Positions 46,261-55,574 of a DNA stretch of 59,997 nt are shown in pieces. The translations under genes were made by a program, and so were the position numbers. The stretch comes from an uncultured Gammaproteobacteria bacterium. GTDB taxonomy: Bacteria; Patescibacteriota; Microgenomatia; Daviesbacterales; UBA10151. The stretch spans positions 1 through 59,997 of the forward strand of contig CAYMIA010000007.1 in NCBI GenBank assembly GCA_964390595.1, in the 5' to 3' direction. The stretch's first letter is position 1; the number at the start of each line of letters is the position of its first letter. The notes under the pieces are model-generated. The model searched no databases. It worked only from the letters and a program-made list of their open reading frames with translations, and was not told where the DNA came from.

Positions 46261-49056
46261 ATGTTGAATATTTTCAGCAGATTACTTGATGCTAATGCCA
46301 GAGAAATCAATAAGCTATCAACTTTGGTCAAACAGATTAATGAGCTTGAAGGAAAGACTAAGAAACTCTCCGATCAGCAGATCTTAACTAAGTCAGCAGA
46401 GTTGCGCAAGAAAGTGGAAAAAGGGGAAAGCCTGGATAATTTATTGCCAGAAGCTTTTGCTTTAGTCCGGGAGGTCTCCTCTAGACATGAAAAGAAGAGA
46501 CACTTTGATGTTCAGTTAATGGCGGCGATTGCACTTCACCAAGGCAAGATTTCAGAACAAAAGACTGGTGAAGGTAAGACCTTATCAGCAGTTCCAGCAG
46601 TTTTCTTGAACGCTCTAACAGGCCAGGGTGTTCATGTAGTGACAGTGAATGATTATTTGGCGAGAAGAGATGCAGGGTGGAATGGTCCAATTTATCATGC
46701 TTTGGGGGTAACAGTCGCGGTAATTATCCATGAAGCCGCTTTTATTTTTGATCCCAAATATGCTAATAAAGAGGTAACTGATAAACGTTTGAAACACTTA
46801 AAGCCGGTATCCCGGAAAGAGGCTTACGCGGCGGATATCACTTATGGGACTAATAATGAGTTTGGATTTGATTATCTGCGCGATAATATGCAGCTGTCTT
46901 TAGAGGGTCAGGTGCAAAGAGGGCATTTTTTTGCGATTGTTGATGAGGTGGATTCGATTTTAATTGATGAGGCGAGAACGCCTTTGATTATCTCTCAACC
47001 AGCCAAGGAAGCGACAGAAAAATACACCGTTTTTTCTAAGTTAATAGATCAGCTATCAGCAGATAGCGATTATGTAATTGATGAAAAGATGAGGACTGTG
47101 CACTTAACTGAACACGGGACTCTAAAAATTGAAAAGATTTTAGGGGTGGAAAATCTTTATGAAAAAGATTTTTCGACTCTGCATCATATTGAGGAGGCGT
47201 TGAAAGCGAGAACACTTTTTCAAAAAGATAAAGATTATGTTCTCAAGGATGGTGAGGTAATTATTGTTGATGAGTTTACCGGCCGGTTAATGCCTGGTAG
47301 GCGCTATTCAGAGGGATTACATCAAGCGATTGAGGCCAAAGAGGGGGTTAATATCCAGCAAGAATCTCAAACTTTGGCGACGATCTCTTTTCAGAACTAT
47401 TTCCGGATGTACGAAAAGTTAGCTGGTATGACAGGTACTGCGGCAACTGAGGCGGAGGAGTTTTTCAAAATTTACAAACTTGAGGTGGTGATTATTCCCA
47501 CTAATAAACCGATGGTCCGGATTGATAGTCCAGACTCAATTTTTAAGACGCAGGCAGCTAAGTTTAGTGCGGTGGCAAATGAAATTGAAAGGGTCCATCA
47601 AACTGGTCAACCAGTCTTGGTTGGAACAACCTCGATCGATAAAAATGAATTTTTATCCGACCTATTAAAGAAAAAAGGGATTTCTCATGCGTTGTTGAAT
47701 GCTAAAAATCATGAAAGAGAGGCGGAAATTATTGCTGATGCTGGTCAAAAAGGGTCAGTGACTGTAGCGACTAACTTGGCTGGCCGGGGGGTGGATATTC
47801 AGTTGGGTAAAGGGGTGGAAGAGTTGGGAGGATTGTATGTGATTGGAACCGAGCGGCATGAATCAAGAAGAATTGATAATCAGTTGCGGGGTCGGTCTGG
47901 GCGGCAGGGAGATCCAGGAGTGACTAAGTTTTTTGTGTCTTTGGAAGATGATTTAATGAGGATTTTTGGTGGAGAACAAGTGACAAAGGTGATGAACTTT
48001 TTGAAGATGCCAGAAGATATGCCAATTGAGAATCAACTAGTTTCCAGGGCGATTGAAAGCGCTCAGAAAAAAGTTGAAGGGCACAACTTCGATGCTAGAA
48101 AATATACTGTTGAGTATGATGATGTCATGAATCAACAAAGAAAAATTATTTATGGAGTGAGAAAACAGATTTTGGAAGCTGCCTCAGATAAAGAAAAACA
48201 ACTGGGACTGCGTGATGATATCTTAGCTAAAGTAGAGACAGAGATTACTAATATAGTTTCAGTTTATACTGAAGAGGAGATAAATCAACTAAAGATCATT
48301 GAGGAGTTTTCAACGGTTATTCCATTTGATGAGCCAAGTAAAAAAGGGTTGCACGAGCAGTTGCACCAATTTGGGTCAGCTGAACAGATCAGTGAGTTTT
48401 TAACCAAGCTATCCAGAGAGCTTTATGAAGCTAGAGAAAAACAAGTGGGAGATGAGGTATCTAGGCAGATGGAGAGTTTTGTTTATTTAAATACGATTGA
48501 TACTTTTTGGATTGAACATTTAGATACCATTGATGATTTAAGGTCTGGTATTAACTTGCGGGCTTATGCTCAAAGAGATCCATTGGTTGAATATAAAAGG
48601 GAGGCATTTGATCTGTTTGAAAGATTGATGGTGACAATTGATGGAGAGATAGTGCATAGGATTTTTAAGATTGCAGTGGAGAATCAAGCCCCAGTGGCAG
48701 TTCATGAACACCCAGTGGTGGATTTGAAAAAAGTTTCCGAGCAACACACAGAAGCTTTGGATGAGACTCAGCTGTTGGAGGAAGTTGGAGAGTTTGTTTC
48801 TCCGCTAGAGGATAGTGAGTCAGTTAAATCTGGGGAAACAAAAGTTAAGGTGGAGGGTTCAAGTAATGATGAGGAGTATTCTTCAAAAGAGCCAGTGGCC
48901 ACTCCAACTAAGGTAACGGTGGAAAAGAATGGACAGGTAGTCTCCCAAAACTACGCTGCTGATGGCTCACTCCGCTCTGGTAAAAAACCCGGTAGAAATG
49001 ATCCCTGTTGGTGTGGTTCAGGGAAAAAGTATAAGAAGTGTCACTACCCAAATTAG
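46261..49056 (+). CDS. secA: Protein translocase subunit SecA with SEC-C motif
   Basis: KTGEGKT, VTVNDYLA, VDEVDSILIDEARTPL, GMTGTA, QLRGRSGRQGD and GRNDPCWCGSGKKYKKCH. Confidence 0.98.
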   Translation: MLNIFSRLLDANAREINKLSTLVKQINELEGKTKKLSDQQILTKSAELRKKVEKGESLDNLLPEAFALVREVSSRHEKKRHFDVQLMAAIALHQGKISEQKTGEGKTLSAVPAVFLNALTGQGVHVVTVNDYLARRDAGWNGPIYHALGVTVAVIIHEAAFIFDPKYANKEVTDKRLKHLKPVSRKEAYAADITYGTNNEFGFDYLRDNMQLSLEGQVQRGHFFAIVDEVDSILIDEARTPLIISQPAKEATEKYTVFSKLIDQLSADSDYVIDEKMRTVHLTEHGTLKIEKILGVENLYEKDFSTLHHIEEALKARTLFQKDKDYVLKDGEVIIVDEFTGRLMPGRRYSEGLHQAIEAKEGVNIQQESQTLATISFQNYFRMYEKLAGMTGTAATEAEEFFKIYKLEVVIIPTNKPMVRIDSPDSIFKTQAAKFSAVANEIERVHQTGQPVLVGTTSIDKNEFLSDLLKKKGISHALLNAKNHEREAEIIADAGQKGSVTVATNLAGRGVDIQLGKGVEELGGLYVIGTERHESRRIDNQLRGRSGRQGDPGVTKFFVSLEDDLMRIFGGEQVTKVMNFLKMPEDMPIENQLVSRAIESAQKKVEGHNFDARKYTVEYDDVMNQQRKIIYGVRKQILEAASDKEKQLGLRDDILAKVETEITNIVSVYTEEEINQLKIIEEFSTVIPFDEPSKKGLHEQLHQFGSAEQISEFLTKLSRELYEAREKQVGDEVSRQMESFVYLNTIDTFWIEHLDTIDDLRSGINLRAYAQRDPLVEYKREAFDLFERLMVTIDGEIVHRIFKIAVENQAPVAVHEHPVVDLKKVSEQHTEALDETQLLEEVGEFVSPLEDSESVKSGETKVKVEGSSNDEEYSSKEPVATPTKVTVEKNGQVVSQNYAADGSLRSGKKPGRNDPCWCGSGKKYKKCHYPN

Positions 49057-49155
49057 AAATTTGCAGTGAACTTCTTGCGAGTATTGCGTAATCTATTGAA
49101 ATCGTTGCTTCAATAGTTACTCCATACTCTTAAAAAGTGCCACTACCCCAATTAA
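49033..49155 (+). repeat. Imperfect direct repeat of secA 3' end (49033-49056 and 49132-49155) enclosing an imperfect hairpin (49079-49129)
   Basis: AAG AAG TGT CAC TAC CCA AAT TAG versus AAA AAG TGC CAC TAC CCC AAT TAA; both encode KKCHYPN*. Confidence 0.85.
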
Positions 49156-49196
49156 TCCTTTTGCTTTTCTTTTTTAGGTAGATCATAATTAATTTA

Positions 49197-50174
49197 GTGA
49201 ATCAAAAAGGTTTTATTCCGCTGATGATAATATTTATTATCCTGGCAGGTTTAGGGTCTGGCGTTTTTTTAGTGGAAAAACAAACCCATTTATTATCTCA
49301 GGCCTTTACTGGTAAGCCCAATCAGCTAAATCAAGTCTCCTCTTCTCCTTCTCCATTAGAAAATAATACTCAAAATACTGACACTAACTTCACTCACAAA
49401 ACAGTCTTTGATTATATTAATGGTAGGTTAGTCAATAACCCAACACCAAGTCCGATCCCATCTCAAACTACTAAAGCCACACCTAAACCTACTAGTGTTC
49501 CTACTGCAACTCCTAAACCTCTGGCTACCTGTGGTATAAATGCTTTAGTTGATGCTGATAATTCTCAAGCGGTGAAATTTTTTTACAGCATGAGCGCTAC
49601 TGGAGGAGGCAATATTTATGCTAGTGCTTATCAATGGGATTTTGATGGTAATGGTAGTTGGGATACAGATTTTTCCAGTACAAATGGGACAGTCGCTCAT
49701 ACTTATCCCGGGTTTGGTAGCTACACTCCAAAGCTCCAAATCAAAATTTCTAATGGTCAAGTGACTGATATTTGTTCAAAAACCATATCAGTACCGGTGG
49801 GAATAAGCGTTTCTTTTACAGGTACAGTTTTTAAAGATAATAACTGCAATGATAGGAGAGAACCTGATGAGCCAGGTATTTCTGGGATGCCACTGAACTT
49901 TGATAAACAGGACTATACATTTTATAAAACTATCAGTAGTAATAGTGATGGGAGTTTTAATCTAACAGTGAACATCCCAAGTAATGATTTCTTGACCATT
50001 GCTCCTTTTCCAGATTTGAATAAATATAGCAATGTGACAGATCCATCAGTTGTCTCATATTCTCCCTTCAAAATTCATTACAATGTTCCTTTTGCTACTT
50101 TAGGTAGTGGTGAAAAAACGATTAATAAAGATGTTCCACTGATCCCTTCAGAGAATCTTAGTAGTTGCCATTAA
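49197..50174 (+). CDS. Surface protein with prepilin-like (class III) N-terminus, PKD-like and SdrD-B-like domains
   Basis: MNQKG/FIPLMIIFII, a P/T linker, YQWDFDGNGSWD...HTY (PKD) and GTVFKDNNCN...DEPGI (SdrD-B-like). Confidence 0.72.
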   Translation: MNQKGFIPLMIIFIILAGLGSGVFLVEKQTHLLSQAFTGKPNQLNQVSSSPSPLENNTQNTDTNFTHKTVFDYINGRLVNNPTPSPIPSQTTKATPKPTSVPTATPKPLATCGINALVDADNSQAVKFFYSMSATGGGNIYASAYQWDFDGNGSWDTDFSSTNGTVAHTYPGFGSYTPKLQIKISNGQVTDICSKTISVPVGISVSFTGTVFKDNNCNDRREPDEPGISGMPLNFDKQDYTFYKTISSNSDGSFNLTVNIPSNDFLTIAPFPDLNKYSNVTDPSVVSYSPFKIHYNVPFATLGSGEKTINKDVPLIPSENLSSCH

Positions 50175-50215
50175 CTCTTTGTAGAACATTCAAAAAATGT
50201 TATGATCCGAATTAA

Positions 50216-50704
50216 ATGTCTTATTCAAAGCAAGATAAATTGCATATAGTTACCCCAGTGGCTGTTATTCAGCGAGGAGATGGGAGGATTCTTCTTTTAA
50301 AGCGAAGTGATAAAGAGAAAGTTTATCCCGGTTATTATACTTTTCCTGGGGGGAAGGTTGAAGGAAATGACACTATTCAGGACACATTGACTAAAGAGGT
50401 TAAGGAAGAATGTGGACTAGATCTTAAGCCAGGATTCATTTTAATTAAAGAAAAATCAATTGGTCGGCCAGATGGACAGACTTCCAAATCACTTTCATTC
50501 CTATGTTCGGTAGAAGATCATGAGAAAGTTGTCATTGATAAGAATGATTTTACTGATTTTAAATGGGTCAATTCAAAGGAACTTCAGAGCTTAAAGCACG
50601 TTGGGATAGAAGCAGAATTTATAAAAGCTGATAAGATATTAAAATCAGGATATAGTTTGGAGGCTTTTTTTATTGATACAGACAAAGTCGATTTTCGTAG
50701 TTAA
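50216..50704 (+). CDS. NUDIX hydrolase
   Basis: Nudix box PGGKVEGNDTIQDTLTKEVKEECG. Confidence 0.9.
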   Translation: MSYSKQDKLHIVTPVAVIQRGDGRILLLKRSDKEKVYPGYYTFPGGKVEGNDTIQDTLTKEVKEECGLDLKPGFILIKEKSIGRPDGQTSKSLSFLCSVEDHEKVVIDKNDFTDFKWVNSKELQSLKHVGIEAEFIKADKILKSGYSLEAFFIDTDKVDFRS

Positions 50705-50919
50705 AGATTTGGAGGGGATTTTAGTTCAAGTACTTCAACTCTTTTTTTAAGGTCAATTACTTCCTCATTGGTAAACTTAATTATTGTTTCGTTGTCATCA
50801 TGTACTTTTTTGAATCCTCGATTCATAGCTTTTCTAAGTTTACCAATTTCTTGTTTTACTCCTTCAATTTTTTCATCTAGAGGAGTAATGGCATCTACTA
50901 AATCTTGTTTGGTTAACAT
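50701..50919 (-). CDS. Small coiled-coil hypothetical protein
   Basis: 72 aa, LTKQDL...LKKRVEVLE; promoter TTGAGT-17-TATAGT lies 6 nt before the ATG. Confidence 0.65.
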   Translation of the reverse strand: MLTKQDLVDAITPLDEKIEGVKQEIGKLRKAMNRGFKKVHDDNETIIKFTNEEVIDLKKRVEVLELKSPPNL

Positions 50920-50982
50920 GTTGCAACTATAGCAATATTTGAGGCAAAACTCAATAGAACATGGGACTATTGCTGGAGAGTA

Positions 50983-52146
50983 TTAAAGGGAGGTTTTTGT
51001 TTGCAGAGGAAGAGTGAAGCTGAAGGTGGAGCCTTTGCCAACGAGGGTGTTGACCCAGATTTTACCCCTGTGGGCTTCAATAATCTTTCTGGCGATGTAA
51101 AGGCCAATGCCATTGCCCTGAGTTTGGTGGATTAAATTATTGGGGACCCTAAAAAATCTAGTGAACAACTGATTGGCAGAATCAGATTGAATACCACGAC
51201 CAAAGTCCTGAACATCAACTCCCAAATGGTCAGATTCTTTATGTAAGCGAATAATAATTTTGTCAGTATTGCTGTGTTCAATCGCATTTTGAATTAAATT
51301 ATCTAGTACAGAAAGAATTAGAGTAGTATCGATCATAACTAAAGGGATGGGAGAAGTTGGTTTATCAAAAGAGATGGTAATGTTTTTTTGAGAGGCTAAA
51401 GTTTGATGTTCATAGATTGATTCATTGATAAGTTGTTCGAGTGAACCGAGGTTTAAATTTAATTTGATGCTGCCACTGCTGATGCCCATAGTTTCAATGA
51501 GCGATTCGACTAAAATATTTAGCCTATCAACGGAGGCTTTGGCCCGGTTTAATAGGCGGTTCTCATTTTGGTCGAGCTTGGGGCTAATAGTTTTAGTTAG
51601 CATATATAGATATCCTTGAATAGAGGTGATGGGGGTTCTAAGTTGGTGAGCTCCATAAGCTAAGAAGTCACTTTTAATCTCTTCAAATTGAACCTCTTTG
51701 GTTTTATCATGAAGAGTATAGATATTTCCCTGAATAACACCCTGGTTGATTACTGGCAGAGTTTTTAGCTCGGTAGGGATGGTCTCGCCGTTTTGAATTG
51801 GCAGGTTAACAGTTAGTGGGGTATTGATCTTTTCTTTAAGTTGACTGGCCGGTAAAATTGTTTTAATGTCTTTGTTTTGTAGCGAGAGAATGTCAGTTTT
51901 TAAAATACTAGCTGCTTTTTTACTGACTAAAACTATTTTATCTGCGAAGTCGGTAATAATTACTCCATCATCGATAGTCTGTAGAATTGCTTCGACCTCG
52001 ACACTTTTTTCAACTAGAGCCGAGAGCTCTTTGAGCTTAAGATCCTTTGCCAAAAGCTGTTTTTTTAGGTTATTGATTTTTTTAAGGAGCAGTCCAGTAA
52101 TTGCGGAGGCGAAGATGGTAATAATGCCAGGAATGACTAAATTCAT
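50983..52146 (-). CDS. Membrane-anchored PAS sensor histidine kinase
   Basis: N-terminal TM, PAS (IDDGVIITD), AHQLRTP, NLIQNA, DFGRG and GNGIGL. Confidence 0.9.
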   Translation of the reverse strand: MNLVIPGIITIFASAITGLLLKKINNLKKQLLAKDLKLKELSALVEKSVEVEAILQTIDDGVIITDFADKIVLVSKKAASILKTDILSLQNKDIKTILPASQLKEKINTPLTVNLPIQNGETIPTELKTLPVINQGVIQGNIYTLHDKTKEVQFEEIKSDFLAYGAHQLRTPITSIQGYLYMLTKTISPKLDQNENRLLNRAKASVDRLNILVESLIETMGISSGSIKLNLNLGSLEQLINESIYEHQTLASQKNITISFDKPTSPIPLVMIDTTLILSVLDNLIQNAIEHSNTDKIIIRLHKESDHLGVDVQDFGRGIQSDSANQLFTRFFRVPNNLIHQTQGNGIGLYIARKIIEAHRGKIWVNTLVGKGSTFSFTLPLQTKTSL

Positions 52147-52196
52147 TGTAATTAAATTGTACTCTTAAATCCGATTACGTGCTAAACTTACTTTAT

Positions 52197-53870
52197 ATGG
52201 GAATTTCTGATGCTGATTTATACCGCCTATTATATGATAACCAATTTCTAACAAAAGAACAGCTAACCAGTGTATCAGAGGTGGCAAAGAGAGAAAAAAT
52301 CTCATTATATAACGCTATTATCGATAAGGATTTACTGGCAGATGAAAATATTGGTAAGTTGGTGGCTGATTATTTAAAATTGCCATTTGTAAATTTAGCC
52401 AAGACCTCAATTGATGAGCAGATTTTAAAGATGATTCCAGAAAGTGTGGCTAAGGAGAGAATGATTATCGTCTTTGGAGTAGGAAAAAAAGGGGTAAAGG
52501 TGGCGAGTTTTGATCCAGATAAAGAATTACTTAATTTAATCTCTAAAAAAATTGGTTATGAGTTAGATTTATACTACGCAACTGAAAGAGATATCCAAGA
52601 GGCTTTAGCGCTTTATAAAAAGCAGTTGGAGATAGCTTTTTCTGAGCTATTAGCAGATTTTTTTGACAAAGAAGGTAAAGTCATTAATAAAGATATCCCA
52701 GTTGCCAATTTGCTTAATACCCTAATTGAGTATGGGTATGTTAATAAGGCATCAGATATTCATATTGAGCCAGGTGAAGAGTTTTCACTCGTCCGTTTTA
52801 GAATTGATGGAGTGTTGCACGATGAATTGAAGTTGCCGATCTCCCTGCATAATCAAATTATCGCTAGAATTAAGGTGGCTTCATCACTCCGGACAGATGA
52901 GCACTTAAGTGCTCAAGATGGCAAAATGCAAGTTAAACTTCAAGAGGAAGATGTCGATATCCGTATCTCAATTGTGCCAATTGTTGGTGGGGAAAAATGT
53001 GTGATGAGGCTGCTGACTTCTCATTTTAGGCAATTTGGTTTAACGGACTTGGGGATGGGTGAGGCTGATTTAAATAAGACTAAAAGTGGATTTAGTAAGC
53101 CTTATGGGATGATTTTGGCGACCGGTCCAACTGGTTCAGGTAAAACGACAACGATGTATGCAATTTTGAAGATTTTAAATACCAGAGAGAGAAATATCGC
53201 GACAATTGAAGATCCGGTTGAGTATGATATTGAAGGAATTAATCAGATTCAGGTTAATCCTAAAACTAATCTAACATTTGCTGAGGGTTTAAGATCTATT
53301 CTGCGTCAGGATCCAGATATTATTTATGTGGGAGAGATCCGGGATGAGGAAACAGCTGATATTGCCATCAATTCTGCCACTACTGGCCATTTGGTTTTGT
53401 CGACTTTGCACACCAATGACGCGGCAACCGCGTTGCCTAGGTTAATTGACCAAGGGATTGAACCATTTTTGGTGGCTTCAACTGTTAATGTGATTGTGGC
53501 TCAGAGACTAGTGCGTAAAATTTGTGATAAATGCAAAGTCTCGTATACTGATAGTGCGGATAAGTTGGGCCGGAATATTAATTCGGAGTTGGTCAAAAAA
53601 CATTTTGGGGAGGGTGGAGAACTTCGGCTTTATCATGGTAAGGGTTGTCCAGTTTGCCATGGGACTGGTTATAGAGGAAGAGTTGGGATATTTGAGGTTT
53701 TAGAAGTTTCTGAAAAAATCCAAGAGCTGATATCTCAAAAATCAGATTCTGAATCAATTACTCGGCAAGCGGTGGCAGATGGAATGCAAACTATGCTTGA
53801 TGATGGATTGGACAAAGTTCAACAAGGTGTCACTACGCTCGAGGAGGTTTTAACAGCAACCAAAGGATAA
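52197..53870 (+). CDS. pilB: Type IV pilus/T2SS assembly ATPase (PilB/GspE)
   Basis: ASDIHIEP, Walker A GPTGSGKTTT, EDPVEY, LRQDPD, TGHLVLSTLH and a tetra-Cys motif. ATG 52197 preferred to GTG 52179. Confidence 0.95.
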   Translation: MGISDADLYRLLYDNQFLTKEQLTSVSEVAKREKISLYNAIIDKDLLADENIGKLVADYLKLPFVNLAKTSIDEQILKMIPESVAKERMIIVFGVGKKGVKVASFDPDKELLNLISKKIGYELDLYYATERDIQEALALYKKQLEIAFSELLADFFDKEGKVINKDIPVANLLNTLIEYGYVNKASDIHIEPGEEFSLVRFRIDGVLHDELKLPISLHNQIIARIKVASSLRTDEHLSAQDGKMQVKLQEEDVDIRISIVPIVGGEKCVMRLLTSHFRQFGLTDLGMGEADLNKTKSGFSKPYGMILATGPTGSGKTTTMYAILKILNTRERNIATIEDPVEYDIEGINQIQVNPKTNLTFAEGLRSILRQDPDIIYVGEIRDEETADIAINSATTGHLVLSTLHTNDAATALPRLIDQGIEPFLVASTVNVIVAQRLVRKICDKCKVSYTDSADKLGRNINSELVKKHFGEGGELRLYHGKGCPVCHGTGYRGRVGIFEVLEVSEKIQELISQKSDSESITRQAVADGMQTMLDDGLDKVQQGVTTLEEVLTATKG

Positions 53871-53871
53871 T

Positions 53872-55161
53872 ATGTTTGATATCACTGCCCTACAACTGGC
53901 TTGGAGTAATTTCTTAGACGCTGGTAAAAATGTTAAAGATCTAAAAGAAAAAAGAGAGTTAAATATCTTCAATGTTTTTTCGCTGACTGCTTTTTTAACT
54001 TTCATCATTTTTGGGATTTTGCATATTGTTGAAAATCATAGTACCTTGGTGGGGGTTTCTGAGCTTCTAGGTGGAGGAATAGTTTTTTTAAATGTTTGGT
54101 CACTGCGGGTTTTTCACCGGATTGAAACTGCTAAATATATTCTAATTGGGATAGTGGTTTGTCTGCTTTTGGTGATGCTAATTACTGGGGGGATAGAGAA
54201 CACCGGTATCTTCTGGTTTTTCACCTTTCCTGCCAGTGTTTTTTATCTTTTTGGCCGGAGAAGGGGAGTTTTGTGGTTGCTTTTTATGAGTGGGTTGATT
54301 TTGGTGATGATGATTCTAAGTAATTCGAAGGTAATTGAGATCGCTTATTCAGCTATTGTTTTGCGGCAGCTGCTGGCTTGTTTGATTGTTGTCAGTCTGC
54401 TAATTTATTTTTATCAAGGTCTGCGGGACCGGTTTGAGGCGACCGAGCAAAAACAGGAGTTGGAAAAAACAGAGGACAACTTTATATCTATAGCGGCGCA
54501 TCAGTTGCGGGCGCCACTTGGGAGTATGCGATGGAGTATGGAGATGATTTTAAATGGTGAATTAGGAGAAGTTCCTTCTCAGGTTAAAGCCTTTTTGGAT
54601 CAAGTCTATCAAAATGAAATCCGAATGATTAGTTTAATTGATGATTTACTCAATGTTTCTAAAGTTATCCAGGGTAAGGTGGTGTCTAAACCGTCTGAAG
54701 TGAATGTTTCAGAGGTGATTGATGCTTCAATTAAAGAGCTGGAGTGGTTAGCCCGGTCCAGACGGATTGAATTTGTAGTTCATATAGACAGCTCGGTCCC
54801 CAAAATTTTAGTAGATCCAGTTCAATACCGGGAGGTGGTTGAGAATTTATTATCAAACGCGGTGAAATATAACCGGATGGGTGGTAAGGTGAGTGTGAGC
54901 GTAGTTAATATGGGGCAATACTTGGTGGCAACTGTGGAGGATGATGGGATTGGTATTCCACTTTTGGAGCAACCTAAGATCTTCGGTAAGTTCTTTAGGG
55001 CTTCTAATGCAATCCATTCTTCTTCAATTGGGACTGGCTTAGGGCTTTTTGTGGTTAAATCGTATGTTGAGAATTGGGGCGGGCGGATTTGGTTTAAAAG
55101 TACCGAAGGAAACGGTACAACCTTTAGTTTTACTGTCCCAGTTTTTTCTGCTAAGATATAG
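53872..55161 (+). CDS. Polytopic membrane sensor histidine kinase
   Basis: 5-6 TM N-terminal domain, AAHQLRAPL, NLLSNAVKY, DDGIG and GTGLGL. Confidence 0.92.
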   Translation: MFDITALQLAWSNFLDAGKNVKDLKEKRELNIFNVFSLTAFLTFIIFGILHIVENHSTLVGVSELLGGGIVFLNVWSLRVFHRIETAKYILIGIVVCLLLVMLITGGIENTGIFWFFTFPASVFYLFGRRRGVLWLLFMSGLILVMMILSNSKVIEIAYSAIVLRQLLACLIVVSLLIYFYQGLRDRFEATEQKQELEKTEDNFISIAAHQLRAPLGSMRWSMEMILNGELGEVPSQVKAFLDQVYQNEIRMISLIDDLLNVSKVIQGKVVSKPSEVNVSEVIDASIKELEWLARSRRIEFVVHIDSSVPKILVDPVQYREVVENLLSNAVKYNRMGGKVSVSVVNMGQYLVATVEDDGIGIPLLEQPKIFGKFFRASNAIHSSSIGTGLGLFVVKSYVENWGGRIWFKSTEGNGTTFSFTVPVFSAKI

Positions 55162-55163
55162 TT

Positions 55164-55556
55164 ATGGCTGATACAAAAGACGAAAAGCGAAAATTTGTTT
55201 TGGTCGTTGAGGATGATAGTTTTTATTCAAATATTTATAACTCCAAATTAACCAAAGCAGGTTACATAGTTAGTGTGGCTGGGAATGGGGATATCGCTTT
55301 AGCAATTGCCCGCAAACAAAAACCAGATTTAATCTTGCTGGATTTAATTTTACCCGTTAAAGATGGTTTTGAGACTTTAAAGGCGATCAGATCAGATCAG
55401 GATCTAGCTAAAGTAAAAGTAATAGCGATCTCTAATTTAGCCCAGGAAGAGGATGTTCAACGGGCAAAACATTTAGGAGCCAATGACTATTTTGTTAAAA
55501 CTAATATCTCCATTCAAGATGTTGTCAATATGGTCAAAAAACAGTTGGGAGACTAA
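55164..55556 (+). CDS. Single-domain response regulator (receiver)
   Basis: VEDD, LLDLILP, SN and YFVK. Confidence 0.92.
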   Translation: MADTKDEKRKFVLVVEDDSFYSNIYNSKLTKAGYIVSVAGNGDIALAIARKQKPDLILLDLILPVKDGFETLKAIRSDQDLAKVKVIAISNLAQEEDVQRAKHLGANDYFVKTNISIQDVVNMVKKQLGD

Positions 55557-55574
55557 TTTTTTAGTGATTCAGGT

